64,000 nucleotides of DNA from the human T2T-CHM13v2.0 reference genome, Homo sapiens: assembly GCF_009914755.1 (NCBI RefSeq), contig NC_060944.1; one strand, 5' to 3'. A program made the translations under genes and the position numbers. Shown here piece after piece: positions 14,818 through 27,170 of this stretch (its first letter is position 1; each line of letters opens with the position of its first letter). The notes under the pieces were generated by a model. That model saw nothing but the letters and a program-made list of their open reading frames with translations, searched no databases and was not told the DNA's origin.

Positions 14818-17446
14818 GTGTAGGGCCCTAAAAAGTTAAAGGCAACCCACTAAAGTCTTACTTGATTTGTTTAACCAGCAAAACATAAGAAACAAAGCAA
14901 AATGGAAACCAAAAACACCCTCTAGTTCTGGCAAAAAAAAAAAAAGTCACGACTTGAGCCACTGTGTAACACTGGGCTTGCGTTTATTGATCTAAAGCCC
15001 TTTGATTGAAGGATATGCTACTCGCCTTTGAGGAAGGACTCTGCTATATTGCATGAGTGTAATGTGAATATTTCTCTTGCCTTCTCCAAAAGGATCTGTG
15101 GCCATTTCCCAAGGTAAATGGATACTGGGGAAAGGGAAATACACCATTCAGGGAACCTTGATGAAGACTTCGAGCTAATACCAGTTTCTTGGGTTCAAGA
15201 GTACCACTGTAGGTCCATCTATCATGTGAAAAAGTGTTTTGGCTTTTGTCCATGCCACTGGAGGCCTAATGGAATTCCAAAACTATTCTATATCAGCAGT
15301 TTCGGAGAGATAGTTGGAAAAGATCCCCATATTGGCTCTCTGACCCATGAAGTGAGGGCCATTGTGATATAAAAGGCCAATAGAATACAACTGAACAACT
15401 GTTTCAAAATAGAAAAGTCAACGATAGTAACATATCTTTAGGGGAGGCTGCAGAGATTAGTGTTTCTACCAAAGACCTTGCAGGCTGATGACTCCAATCA
15501 AAACACCATTAATTTCCTCTGGTAGGTGCAAAATTAGATGGGTCTTGGAAAATGACAGTGGATTACTTTAGTCAGGTGATAATTCCATTTTTAACTGTTG
15601 TGTTAGATATATGCTCATCATTACAGTCCCTGGAGTCATGCATCTACTAGTTTCACTCTCTACTCTGAGGAACAGAAACCACTGGAAGCATTTTGCTATT
15701 ACCTAGAAGGGATAAGAGTTTTCATTTACTGTTCTAACTCAGGCATACCTCTGTTCTCCAGCTCTGTAACAGGAAGGCCTTGATTCCCCGAATATCCCTA
15801 TTCTAAAAGACAGCAAACTAATTTTGACTAAATCAGTTGACTAAATCACATTAACAGGGCCTGGAGAGCACAAAGGAGCAGACACTTCAGCTCTGTAGGT
15901 AAGACACACCTTTTACAAGGTGGGAGATAAATCCAGTGCATCTCAGTGAAGTTTCTTAGAGTGTCCAGTACCCTGGACATATGTGTAGTACTTCTATCAC
16001 CACAAAAGAAGTACAGTGTTAATTTGGATTTTGTTGCTTCTACCGCTATCAGATCCTGGCTTGCTACTGGGCTTTGATGGTGAATGAAGGCCTAACTATG
16101 GGATATCAGGTAATCTGATGACCCAACGTGACAAACTACGATATCATCCATCCAGATAGAAAGTCAAGCATGCCTAGTAAGGACTCCATCATCAAGTGTA
16201 TCCATGGGTACATGGGATTTGGCTCACGTAGACCCTAATGATGTAAGTTGATTGCATGAGAAGTTTGCTTTCAATCAAGTTGCATGTTTTCTGATTAAAC
16301 CCAATGACCCACTTGCAAATCTATTGCTTCCTATCCTATGACTCTGAGCTCTGCTGACTTAAGAGATTTTGGTACCCAAGGGAAGAATACTTCTTTGGTA
16401 CTCAAGGAAGAATACCCTGAATCGGAGACTGAGCCTGTCACCTGGACTTTCGGAGCTTTTCTTTTCCCTATGTGTGTATAAAGGGAGTTACAGTCTTGAT
16501 TAGGGTAATCAACCACCCTGTCAAGGGGAAATATGGTTACTGCTACACAAAGTAGGCAGAAAGGAATGCAAGTAACTCCATGGAATTCCTTGGGGAATCT
16601 TCACATGCCAGCAGGACTAACAAGTGCTCAGATTCGCTAGGAATAAAGGTTTAGGTTACCCCATCAAAAAAAGAATCCCAACCAACTAAAGTGCTGGCCA
16701 AAGGCAGGGGGCATGACATGGCTCACAGAGAAGGGATGTTATAAATGCCAGCAGCAGCCTTATGACCATTACAGAAATGAAGACATAGCAATGGCCTCTT
16801 TTCCTCCTTGCTGTGTTTTTCTTTTCCTTTCCTCTAGTATCATATAGGGTATGCTGGTGGCAGTTACATTTACCATTTATTCCTTATATTACAGGATATT
16901 GAGACAGAATTAGTGGTACCAGTGGAAGAATGAACTTATAGCTGGATTCATGAACAGGATATGCCCCATAGGGTGTCTTTCCTTTGGGGAGATCGGTATA
17001 TGTTGGTTATATATAAGAGAGTTTCCTTATGTTAGAAACATGCATAAATCGTGTGTATGGGAAAAGGATGGGAGTGTATGGTATGCTATTTTTGCTTATC
17101 AATAACTTTTGCCTTTCTTTTGGTGACAATAGGTGGTCTTTTATTTGGGTAAGTACCTTTCCTCCAACTGCCGCAAATACTAATACGGTACCTTGCCCTC
17201 CATCCCTCCCAAGAGAGAGGCATATGACTCAAGTGAAATCAGACTCTGTCCTGGGATTGGAACTGTGAGCAGGATGATACAGGGAAGGAAGTTGACTGGA
17301 GGCAGATCATGTGGGTAGCAGTGTCTTAAACAGAAGGTTCATGAGTCTTGCTACTGAGGTCCCTAGAGCTCCCCTCATTCCTGTATTTCCTGAGGCCTCG
17401 TCAGTCAGCTCTTCCTTTGGTCGGGTGAATTTCACAGATACCCTTC

Positions 17447-17910
17447 TGTAGTGGGCCAGATGGTGGCCCCAAACACCTGTCCATATTTTAATCTCTGGAA
17501 CCCGTAACTATTACCTTATTTGGGAAAGGGTCTTTTTGCAAATGTGGTTAAGTTAAGGATCCTGAGATGAGGTCATCTTGGATTATCCTGGTGGGCCTAA
17601 ATGTCATCAAAAGTGTCCTTGTAAGACAGAGGCACTGGAAGACTTGACATACACAGACACTGAAGTGAGATCAGAGGCAGAGACTTGAGTGATGCAGCCA
17701 CAGCCAAGGAAAGCCAAGAATGGTGGCAGCCACCACAAACTAGAAGAGAAAAGGAGAGGGTTTCCCCCTGGAGTCTCCAGAGGGAGGGTGGCCCTGCTGA
17801 CATCTTGATTTTGGATTTCTGGCCTCCAGAACTGTCAGAGAATACACTTCTACTGTTTTAAGCCATCAAGTTTGTTTGAATTTGTTACAGCAGCTGCTGG
17901 AAACTAATAT
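17447..17910 (+). mobile_element. MaLR LTR (MLT1C/D-like)
   Basis: gttaagttaaggatcctgagatgagg...ttctggcctccagaactg...cagcagc..ggaaactaata. Confidence 0.85.
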
Positions 17911-18225
17911 ATCTTCCAATAAATTCATTTTTTGCTTGATGTCAGTTTGTTGCTTATACCCTCAAACTCTAATTGTTAACAGTCATTCATCACTTTAATT
18001 ATTTTATAAATTACCCTTTTTGACCAAGTTTGTTCCAACTGAATTCCTGTCACTTGCAACCTGTTCTGGCTGGCACAACCACAAAGTTTGTGCCAAATCC
18101 AGGACTGGAGCCTGAGAATGTGGATTCCAAGTCATTCCACATATTGCCCACCCTCTCCAATCACTCAGACAGCATGTCAGGGAGCCATCTCCATACAAGC
18201 AGAAACACGTCCTGGGGCCCAGCTC

Positions 18226-18231
18226 TTTATT
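18226..18231 (-). terminator. KCNS1: candidate KCNS1 polyadenylation signal
   Basis: AATAAA on minus ~2.5 kb after the stop; a further AATAAA lies at 17140-17145. Confidence 0.6.
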
Positions 18232-20773
18232 TGCATAATGGTTTTCACTGATACATGGGAAGGGGAGCGAGTTGTTGCTTTTCTGCCAGGACCACAAACA
18301 GCCTCATGGTAGGCTCAGGCCAGATGATTCCCTCTTGAGCTTTCTCCACATCAGTATTAGGGACCTGTTTGTAGGGTCAGAAAATATGGAAGCCGTCGGG
18401 TTTCTTGGTGTGTTCTGCAAGACCATAAGGGTGCTACACGCAGCCCTTCTGATCTGCCCCTAACCTGGGTTCAGCTGGGCCTAGATGTAAGGAGCAGAGT
18501 GTGCAGAAGGGCTGGTATGTGTGTGGTGAATTCAAGGGAGGCCCTTTGCTGCTTAGCTCCATCCTCTGTTCCAATCTGGAGACCCAGAATCCATGCGTAT
18601 GTAGGGGGCCCACTATGTACTAGGCCCTGTGTATGACACACACCTCCACACATGCCATTCTCTCTGCTTGGAGTACTCCCCACTGGAACCTCATTTGCTT
18701 AATTAGCAATTTATCATTTGGATGGCAGGTTAGATTGTCACTTGCTCAGGAAAGCCTTCTCACTTTCTCGGGCCATGGTCCCTGATACATTATACACACC
18801 TGTACTTAGTAGAGCTCGCTATATTTATGTGATTATTGCATTAGAGTCTATCTTCCCTACTAGTCGGTAAGCTTCATGAGTATAGGGATATATTTTTCCA
18901 CCACTGTATCTCTTGAGACTAGTAAGCAGCCCATAAGTCAGAAGCCAGTATATCAGAGTGGCTGGGCATAACACAACGGCATGTGTGTCTGTTTGTGGGT
19001 GGCAGCGGGGGAGACACTATGGGGAACCTGAGAGTGCATGCCTCACGCAAAGGCATTCAGATTCTTAAAATATAATAAAAACACTGTTGGACTAAGCCGA
19101 AACATGACTGCAGGCCACACATGAAGCCCCAGTTTAAGACTCTTCCAACGGGTATTTGTTGAGTGAGTGAGTGAAGAACCTACAAGGAATATATTGTAAA
19201 AACTTCAAGAACCAAGCAGGGACAGGGCAGGCGGAGCTGAACGGACCTCCTTTTCAGTCTTGTTCACACCTTTTTGAGGGCCAGGTCTCTCTCTGGCTAT
19301 CTTTTTTTCCCCCTCTGAGCTTGGCACCCAGTGGGCTGTAGGAATTGGTTGATCTATTCAACATTTACCAAATACCTACTCTGCACCAAGCCCAGAGTTC
19401 AAGCAGACAATGTCTTCCATCTTGAGGCTCAGGGTGATGGGACAGAGATAGCCACAGTCAGACAACAACAGCACAGTGCTGGGTGCTGTAGCCACAGTAT
19501 GTGGAAAGGGCTACTGGATCCCCTCCTCTGACTTTCTCAGCAAGTGAAGAGAAGATTCAGCAGGTGGGTATGAGAGATATGCCCCCAGCAAGGGTGAGGG
19601 GGCTGGAGCTGGCCAGAAGGGAGAGGACTCTCACACATGGGCCTGGATGGGTACTCTAGGTAGGGCTGGACAATGTAGGGCTGGACGTCTGTGTGATGGG
19701 CAGAAAGGAACTGCCAAGGTCAGACTGTTGGGGGAGGGTCTTAGAAGCCAGTATTCATATATGTCAGCCCTCTGAACATTTCAGAGCTGAGCTGGCTTTA
19801 AGTTAGAGACCCCTCTGCTCTCCTTGGCTTTCATTGCCCTCTGGGTCACAGATTCTGACCATTTGACAGAGGGGCTGGAATCTGGACTTGGGGGCAGGGA
19901 TTGGACCACTTTACACAGCAGGTCTTGGCGCAGCTAGGTTGTCTAGATCTCAGGCCAGGGGCCCTTCAGATTTTCTTTCTCTCACATCAGCCCTGGGAGG
20001 AAGGTCGGAAGATTATTGCTTAGCAAATCTTGCATACCAGCTAAAGAGGCAAGTACAATGCTATGGTACTTCCTCCCAGGACTCATCCTCCTTCCCTCCA
20101 GGACTCATCTTTGATTGCTGACTCCTGTTGGATGCTCCTAGAAAGGAACCACAGCTGAGATCCAGAGCTCCTATATCCAAATCTCCTGTCTGGACCCTTC
20201 CCTGGCTCTGAAAGGGATTTCTTATCTTGTGGATCAACTCTGGGGATCCATGAATCACCAAAAAACACACGCAAACTTCATGAGGGCAGAAGAAAGATGG
20301 AGTTGATGGAGCATTGCTCCAGGCACACCAACAAGCCCAGATTCCAAACCTGACTCTGCCACTTCTAATTGTGACATCTGGGAGAGGCATCGCTCATCTC
20401 TTAGCCTTGGTTTCCTCATCTGTGAAGTGGGGATAATTCTCTTTCTCCAACACAAGGCCAAACATGACCTGGTTCATGTACAGGAGGTGCTCAGGAATCA
20501 TTAGTATCCTTTCAACTTCCTCCCTCTGGCTCATGCCTGCTTCATGAATGGCTTGGAGGCAGGTTTATAAAGCTTTCTGAGTTGCTTGCAGAATCTCACA
20601 GAATCTAGGGTAGCACTGTCCTGTCCTGGGCCTTTGGAGGAAGGAATGCAGCTTTTGAATCTCATTTCTCAGGACAGCATGAGTGATCCTGGGAGGCTCA
20701 CTACCATGAAGAACTTTAGCAGGGGAGGAATCTCTACTGTAGGGGCATGGCAGGGGGTCACGGATCCCTGGTT

Positions 20774-21244
20774 TTAATACATCTGAGGGTGTGGAGGCTC
20801 ACTGGGGGCCTGGCTCTCTAGATCTGCAGACTGTCCCTCCTGAGAGGTTTCTCGGGATGTCTCCAGAGATGCCTCCGACACCCCATCAATGCTGCTCAGC
20901 AAGTCCTCAAACTCTTGGTGGTTGCTGTTGCGCACGGCTGCCTCCAGAGCCTTCTGGCGCCGGTAGAAGTGGGAGAACTTGTTGAAGATGATGGTGATGG
21001 GGAGTGCTACCACCAGGATGCCCCCTAGGATGCAGCCTGAGGCTGCCAGCTTGCCAGCCACCGTCACTGGCACCACATCCCCATAGCCCACGGTGGTCAT
21101 GCTCACTGTGCCCCACCACCAGCAGGCTGGGATGGTGTTAAAGCCCACGTCCTCCTCCTTTTCAGCTGTGTAGGCCACACCAGAGAACACTGACACACCC
21201 ACAGCCAGGTACAGCAGCAAGATGCCCACCTCACGGTAGCTGTG
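20774..21244 (-). CDS. KCNS1: KCNS1 (Kv9.1) last coding exon: S5, pore, S6, C-terminus
   Basis: Acceptor tctctttcag|CAC; HSYREVG...TTVGYGD...[11 protein letters not shown]...HPQMY-TAA. Confidence 0.97.
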   Translation of the reverse strand, partial: HSYREVGILLLYLAVGVSVFSGVAYTAEKEEDVGFNTIPACWWWGTVSMTTVGYGDVVPVTVAGKLAASGCILGGILVVALPITIIFNKFSHFYRRQKALEAAVRNSNHQEFEDLLSSIDGVSEASLETSRETSQEGQSADLESQAPSEPPHPQMY

Positions 21245-21759
21245 CTGAAAGAGAATGTAGAAAGCCAAGTCAGAGTGGATGGGCTTACAGTCCTGGTATT
21301 AGGCATATGGGGAAACTGAGGCCCAGAGAGTATAAAGGACAGGTCCAAAGTCAGCAAGATAGAGCTGGTGCTAAGGCCCAGGTCCCCTGACTTTAAACTA
21401 AGACCTTTCAACTACAGTTGGCAGCAAAACCCCCTGGTATTGCGCACAGGCCTAAGTTCTATTGTCCAAGGTATCTGCTAGGCTACAGCTGTTTTTTCCA
21501 ACTCCGGGGTTACTGGTGGCACCACAGCCAGGGAATGAAGAGCTTGTGATTTTTACACTGTTGCAGAACCAAGAGAACCATAGTTTATATTCCACAATGC
21601 AAAGAGTTGGTTTCATGTACTTTTGACTGGTCTGAAAAGTATAAAAATATTTTTTGCTCCTCCAGGAAGCTGAGAGGACATAAGTCCCCTGGACCACCCA
21701 CAGAATTCACTTTCCTATGGCTGTGTATGTTTGCTTTGTCCCTGAGGCCAAGCTCTAGG

Positions 21760-21993
21760 GCAGTGATTCTCAAACAGGGTGGTTTTGCCCACCACCTCCC
21801 CGCCTCCACCCCGCAAGGGACATTTGGGAACGTCTAGAGACATTTTTGGTTGTTGCAACTGGGACAGGTGTGCTACTGCCCTCTAGTGGGTAAAGGCCAG
21901 GGATACTGCTAAACATCCTAAAATGTACAGGGCAGCTCCCACATCAAAGAATTACCTGGTCCCAAATGTCAGTAATGCGAGGCTGAGAACCCC
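21760..21993 (+). mobile_element. MER20 hAT MITE, followed by a MER5-like element (~22003-22162)
   Basis: cagtgattctcaa...ggggacatttgg..tctagagacatttttggttg...ccagggatactgctaaacatcct...gctgagaaccctag. Confidence 0.85.
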
Positions 21994-23565
21994 TAGTCTA
22001 AAGCAGAGTCTCTCCAACTTTAATGCGTGCAGGAATCATGCAGGGGTCTTGGCAGAACGCAATCGCATAGTCTTGGGTAGAGCCAGAGAATCTACATGTC
22101 TAGAAAGCTTCCAAGTGATGAGAAAGCTGCTGGTGGTCAGGGGCCTCACTTTGAGTAGCAAGGCTCTCATCTGGAGTATATTACACCTGCATCTTAGACC
22201 CTGGCAGCTCTGATTAGTAATACTCTTCTCCCCTACTGAAGACAAAGCTAGTAGTGTCAGGCCCTGGCTCTCTGCATGGAGGGGACAGGGCAGCGTTCTG
22301 GGGCACAGGGATCTTCCCTGGGGAGATGCTGAGCTCAGGGGGTCTGCTGAATGTAATTCCTTATACCTGCCCACTGCCCTAGGATTCTGCCTAGGTCATC
22401 TGCCAGCACCCAGTATCCTGAGGGCATACAAGAGGCTTTACTAAGCCATGGGTGGAAGGGATCTTTCTTTTAGCATTGTCTGGGGATTATCAGTAGGGTC
22501 GCATGGAGCTTTAGGAGAAAGAACATGAGGTGCTGGAGCCAGGCACAGGTGGGTTCTTCTCTGGGTTCTACTGCTTATTGAGGAACCTCCAACAAGCACT
22601 GTCACCTCTGGGAGCCTCAGTTTCCACCTCTGCAAAGCAGTGACAATAACCCTTACCTCTGTTTAAACCTCTCACGAGCTCTCCTATACCCTCGGGACCA
22701 AGTCCAAAATCATGTGCCAAGACTTCATGACCCTTCGGTGCCCTGCCCCGCTCGACTCTTCAATTTCATCTCTGGGAATCTCCTTCCCTCCATGTCCTCC
22801 TCCCAGCATTCATCCTGTTCTCTCTCCAGGCCTCGGCACACGCCGTTCGCCTTGCCTCCCTCTTCAAACCATGCTAATTTCACCCCCCTTGAGTGCAAGC
22901 TTGCCAGGGCAGTGATTCACCCACAATGCAGCACCTGGCACAAGGAGGATGCTCAGTAAACTGCAACCAGGCTTTACAGAGCCAACCCTCCAACCTCAGC
23001 TTCTTCATCTACGGGAAGAGAATAAATAATAGCATCTTCCTGAGGAAGTTCTCCTAAGGACTAAATTGATAATGGATGTGAAATTGGCACAGATTTAGTG
23101 CTCAGTAAGTGTTAGCTCCTGGGGCTATTCCTAGACTTTACCTATTAAGAGTGACCTATGGTTATCAGAGCCCCCTGATAGTGCCAGAAGAAAGGCTCTA
23201 GCAGAAAGCCAGTTAGCATCCTGCTTTGCGCATCTTTGTGATATATATAATTTGATGTTTGATAGATATATCAAAAGTGATCTTTGTCTTTTTTCTTCGT
23301 TTTGAAAAAGAAAGACAAGCAAAGCTATGCCCCAGTTTTCTCCCCAGGAAAAAGAGATAACGGTAAGCCCTTCTTCACAGGGCTGTTGGGATAGTCACAC
23401 TGCATGTGAAACGTACACCTGGTGTGCAGCCCTGTGCCTGGCACAAAGGACGGCATCTCAGTTGAACGTTAAGCCTGGACTCGGCAGGCTTGTAAGTTCA
23501 CCTGCTAACCTGCCGGATGGCTACACCCGCCCACCCCAGCTCCAACCTGGCCTCAGAGGCCGTAC

Positions 23566-24599
23566 CTTGAGCGTGGCTCCCAGCGAGCGCAGCCCGGTGG
23601 AATGGCGCGCCAACTTGAGTACGCGGAAGATGCGCATGAGGCGGAACACCTGCACCACCTTGCCCAGGTGGCCGAACTCCTTGCCGCCCTGGTCGCCCAG
23701 TGCCACACCAGCCAGCAGCGTGAGATAGAAGGGCAGCACAGACACAATGTCGATGAGGTTGAGCGGGTGGCAGAAGAAGTTGCGCGTACTGGGCGCCAGC
23801 AGGAGGCGCGACGACACCTCGAAGCTGAACCAGGCGATGCAGAAGTACTCGAGGCGTCGCAGCACCGGGTCGTCGCGCACGCCTTCCGGGCTGCGGCCCG
23901 CGGCCACCGCAGCCACGGCGGCCGCCGCCTCGCGGGCCTGGTACTCGGGCAGGCTGTGGATGCACATGGCGGCGATGGAGGCGAGCACCACGCTGATGGA
24001 GACGCAGCTGAAGAGCTTGCTCGGCAGCGAGTAGCCCGGGTTCTCCATGGTCAGCCAGAGGCGGCGGCGCAGGCGGCCACAGCGCGCCGCGCCATAGCGC
24101 GCCAGTTCTCGCTGCACGTCGGAGATCTCGTCGGGGCACGGGTCCACGCTGCTCGGCGTGTCGCTGTCCTCGTCCCAGGCGTGCGGCTGGGTCAGCCGCC
24201 TCTCCAGGTAGCGCGCGCGGCAGCACGCGGCAAGCGCGTTCTCGCCTAGGCCCCAGTAGTCGGCCTCCTGGCCAAAGGCGAAGACGCACAGCTCGTCGAG
24301 CACGTGCAGGTGGCCAGTGCGGTAGAAGTGCAGCAGGCTCAGGAAGAAGCCCGGGTGCCGGTCGAAGTAGAATTCGCGCGCCGCCTCGTCGTAGTCGTCG
24401 CACAGGCGCCGCGCCTGCTCCTCCGACGCCGCGGCCTGCAGGCGGCCCAGCCGCGTGCCCGGGAAGCGCGCCAGGGCGCGCGCGCTCAGCTGCCGCCGCA
24501 CGCCACCCACGTTCACGCGCAGCGCCTCGTCGCTTCGCCGCCAGCGGATCCCGGTGTCGGGGCCCGGGAACTCGCTCACAAAGGTTTCAGTGCTCCTCC
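23566..24599 (-). CDS. KCNS1: KCNS1 large coding exon: T1 domain, S1-S4 (CpG-rich)
   Basis: ccgcag|GG...AAG|gtacg; [20 protein letters not shown]4 [14 protein letters not shown]; exons 76+1034+471=1581 nt = 526 aa + stop. Confidence 0.97.
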
Positions 24600-25064
24600 C
24601 TGCGGACACCAGAAGGGCGCGCTGAGGAGTTCCCGGGCTTCCCTTCCTGGAAGACCAGGTTAAAATCCCCTCCTCCATCCAACCAGCCAAGGGGTGTTGG
24701 AGGCTGTGTGTGAAGCATCTGGTATGCAGGAGGCGCTCAGTAGATGTCAGGTGCCCTCTGGACTCAGAGTCAGGCCTGGCTTTGACTATCCTTCATCCCC
24801 ATCATTTGACTTTGGCCAAATCACTGACCCACCCCACCCCCATTTCATTTTTCTCCTTTGGAAAGTAAATGCTGAGATCTACCTGGAAGGATATGAAAGC
24901 GATGGAATCGCAGGATGTCCTGGCACCTAGTGGGTGCTCACATAGGATGTCTCCTTTTCCAGGACAAACTTGGATTTATTTACACCAAAGGTCTACTGTG
25001 GGATCTTGGGCCCGCCAGCCCTCTGAACCTGTTTCTTCTGCAAAATGAGGATAGTAACACTTAC

Positions 25065-25140
25065 CTCCTAGGGGTGTTGGCAGCACCACTTTAGACCGGA
25101 GGTTCTCATAGTGTGTTCCCCGGACCAGCAGCATCAGCAT
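25065..25140 (-). CDS. KCNS1: KCNS1 first coding exon ([25 protein letters not shown])
   Basis: Acceptor ttcccag|GTG ATG (exon edge 25143); donor G|gtaagt; phase matches the next exon; known human Kv9.1 N-terminus. Confidence 0.9.
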
Positions 25141-25283
25141 CACCTGGGAATTTGTCAAAGATGCAAATTCTCAGCCTGCCATCGATTTACTGAATCGGGA
25201 ACTCTAAGGGTGGGGTCTAGCACTTTGTGTTCTAACAAGATTGGAAAGTGATTCGGCTACATAGTCAAGTTTGAGAGCTCCTG
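25097..25283 (+). mobile_element. MER5A hAT MITE nested in a MIR
   Basis: ggttctcatagtgtgttccccggaccagcagcatcagcatcacctgggaa...aagtttgagagctcctg; 8-bp TSD ctttagac / ctttagat. Confidence 0.88.
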
Positions 25284-26669
25284 CTTTAGATTATGTAAAG
25301 CATCTGTAGAGTCAGCCAGACCTGACCTTGAATCTTGACTCTCTTGTGTCACCTTAGGCAAGTAACATCACCTCTCTGAGCCTCTGTGAAATGGAAATAA
25401 AAATATTCACCTCAAAGTGTGGTTATGAAGATTAAATGACCTAGTGTCTTTCTTGGGCTTGGCTCACAGAAGGAATTTAATAAATTATTCACTGGTGTCA
25501 CTATCTTCTGGAGTCAGGCAAACCTGGGTTTATCTCCACCCCTGACGCACCTGGGGCCTTGAGGAAGCTATTTGTCCTCCAGGTCTCAATTTCCTGCACA
25601 ACGTAGATAATAGCACCTACCTCCAGGGATGACTGGAGGATTAAGGTAGATTATAGAAAGTGCTCAGCCTTAGTGGATACTCAGGAAGGATTTAGGTTCT
25701 TCCACTACCCACTGACTCCTGACTCTGCTGGAATTGGGGGCTAGTGACACCTCCTCACCACTGGCAATCTCATTTGCACTGTGGGTTCAGTAATGCCTAG
25801 ACTAGGGATTAAGTGTGTGTAAAGCACCTGGGCTTGGCATTAAATGGATTTGGGGTTCCACCCTTAGCTCTATCACTTGTGTGACCTCAGGCCAGTCTCC
25901 TTCCCACTCTGGGCTTTAGCTCTTTTACCTCTAGAATGGGGATAATGTTGCTTTGGATGCATCATTATTGTGGTATATGTCAAAGCCCTGGGAAAACAGT
26001 AGATGCTCAATAAATGTTAATCCTGTGTACTTCCCTGTGGTCAGACCTGAGTCTACCACTTACTAGCTGCTGTCCTTGAGTGCATTCGTCGCCCTCTCTG
26101 GGCTTGTTTCCCTGTCTGTGGAACCGGGTAGCATCATACTTTCCAGGAGAGGCTCAGAGAATTAAATGATGCAAGGTGTTTATCGGCAGCATGGTCCCTG
26201 GCACATAATCAATGCACAATAAACGTGTGATGTAGCTCCGCTCCCACCTCCACTTGGATCTCCACCTGCATTTGGCATCAAAAAATGAAATTTCTAATCC
26301 AGTTCCATCACCCATTAGAAGCATAATATTGGGCAAATCCCTTCATCCATCAGGAGCTCACTTTCCTGCTCTATGAAACAGGATAATTAATTCAACAAAC
26401 ATTTTCTGACAAGAACCTGAATATCAGTAAGAAAGACCAAGTGACTTGTTCAAAATCACCCAGCTAGTCCATGGCACAGCTAAGGTTGGAGACCAGGTTT
26501 TTTTATTTCATTCTCTCTCCACACACTTATTTTGAGCACCTCCTATCTGCTAGTCACTCCTCTGGGCTCCATGCACACCTCACTCGGTTTAATCCCTACA
26601 CCAACCCTGCCAGGGAGGTTTTCTAATCCCATTTTACAGATGAGCAAACTGTACCAGCCAGGGTCTCCA

Positions 26670-27170
26670 AAGCGCGGCCACCCCACACTGCTTCCTCCTT
26701 GGCGGGGGGTGGGGGGTCTCTTAGAGGGGGTAAGAGCACCAGGAGCCCCAGGCAGCCCCGCCTCCCACTCTGGCTGCCCGGGACCGTCCCGGAGCCACGT
26801 CCCTCCCCAAAGGAGGCCCCTTACCTGTGGTGGCACCTCCCGGGCGCCTCGCGTGTCTGTCCCAAAGCCACCGAGGCTGGGAGCCGCTGGCTATACTCGG
26901 TCTCGCCTCTGCCCCGCCGGCCCCGCCGAGCCTCCTGCTGCAGGCGGCCCCGCTGCCCTCTCCTTCCTTCTTCCTTGCCTAGTCCCCCGCGGCTGAAGGC
27001 CGCATCGATCGCTGCCGGAGGAGGGAGTGAGGCCGCTGGCGGCCGGAGGCGGCGGTTTCTATTCCTGACTCGGCTGGGGGGTGGTGGTGTCTGGAGACTG
27101 GGCCTACCTGCAGGGGCATCCTCCGGAGTTACGGGCCGGGAAGGAGGGGTCATTTAGGGCGTGAGGATTC
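26670..27170 (-). promoter_or_regulatory. KCNS1: KCNS1 CpG-island promoter and non-coding 5' exon(s)
   Basis: GC/CpG-rich; minus-strand donors CAG|gtaag (exon edge 26825) and CAG|gtagg (27108). Confidence 0.75.

Larger units (their letters stand above)
12551..17980 (+). mobile_element. decayed ERVL-class provirus (LTR, gag/pro/pol remnants, LTR-like 3' part)
   Basis: LTR end ...ctaactgataca (13013) then Leu-PBS-like gaaattggaactag; gag-like YLWKWIFVVLYQGRGNVILAQADLLDM (~13790-13880); protease-like ggggaaagggaaatacac (~15127); RT-like DGSWKMTVDY (~15537-15566). Confidence 0.7.

Noticed and set aside
23498-24403. 301-aa alternative-frame ORF and antisense ORFs (23602-24249, 24304-24663) over KCNS1
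   Set aside because: Expected stop-codon depletion in a very GC-rich exon; low-complexity Arg/Ala/Pro products
24600-24690. N-terminal extension MAGWMEEG... of the 389-aa ORF
   Set aside because: Intronic read-through upstream of the ccgcag acceptor; the spliced 76-nt exon gives the known protein
26532-27157. 100-150-aa ORFs in the KCNS1 promoter
   Set aside because: GC-rich CpG-island artefacts with no recognisable domains
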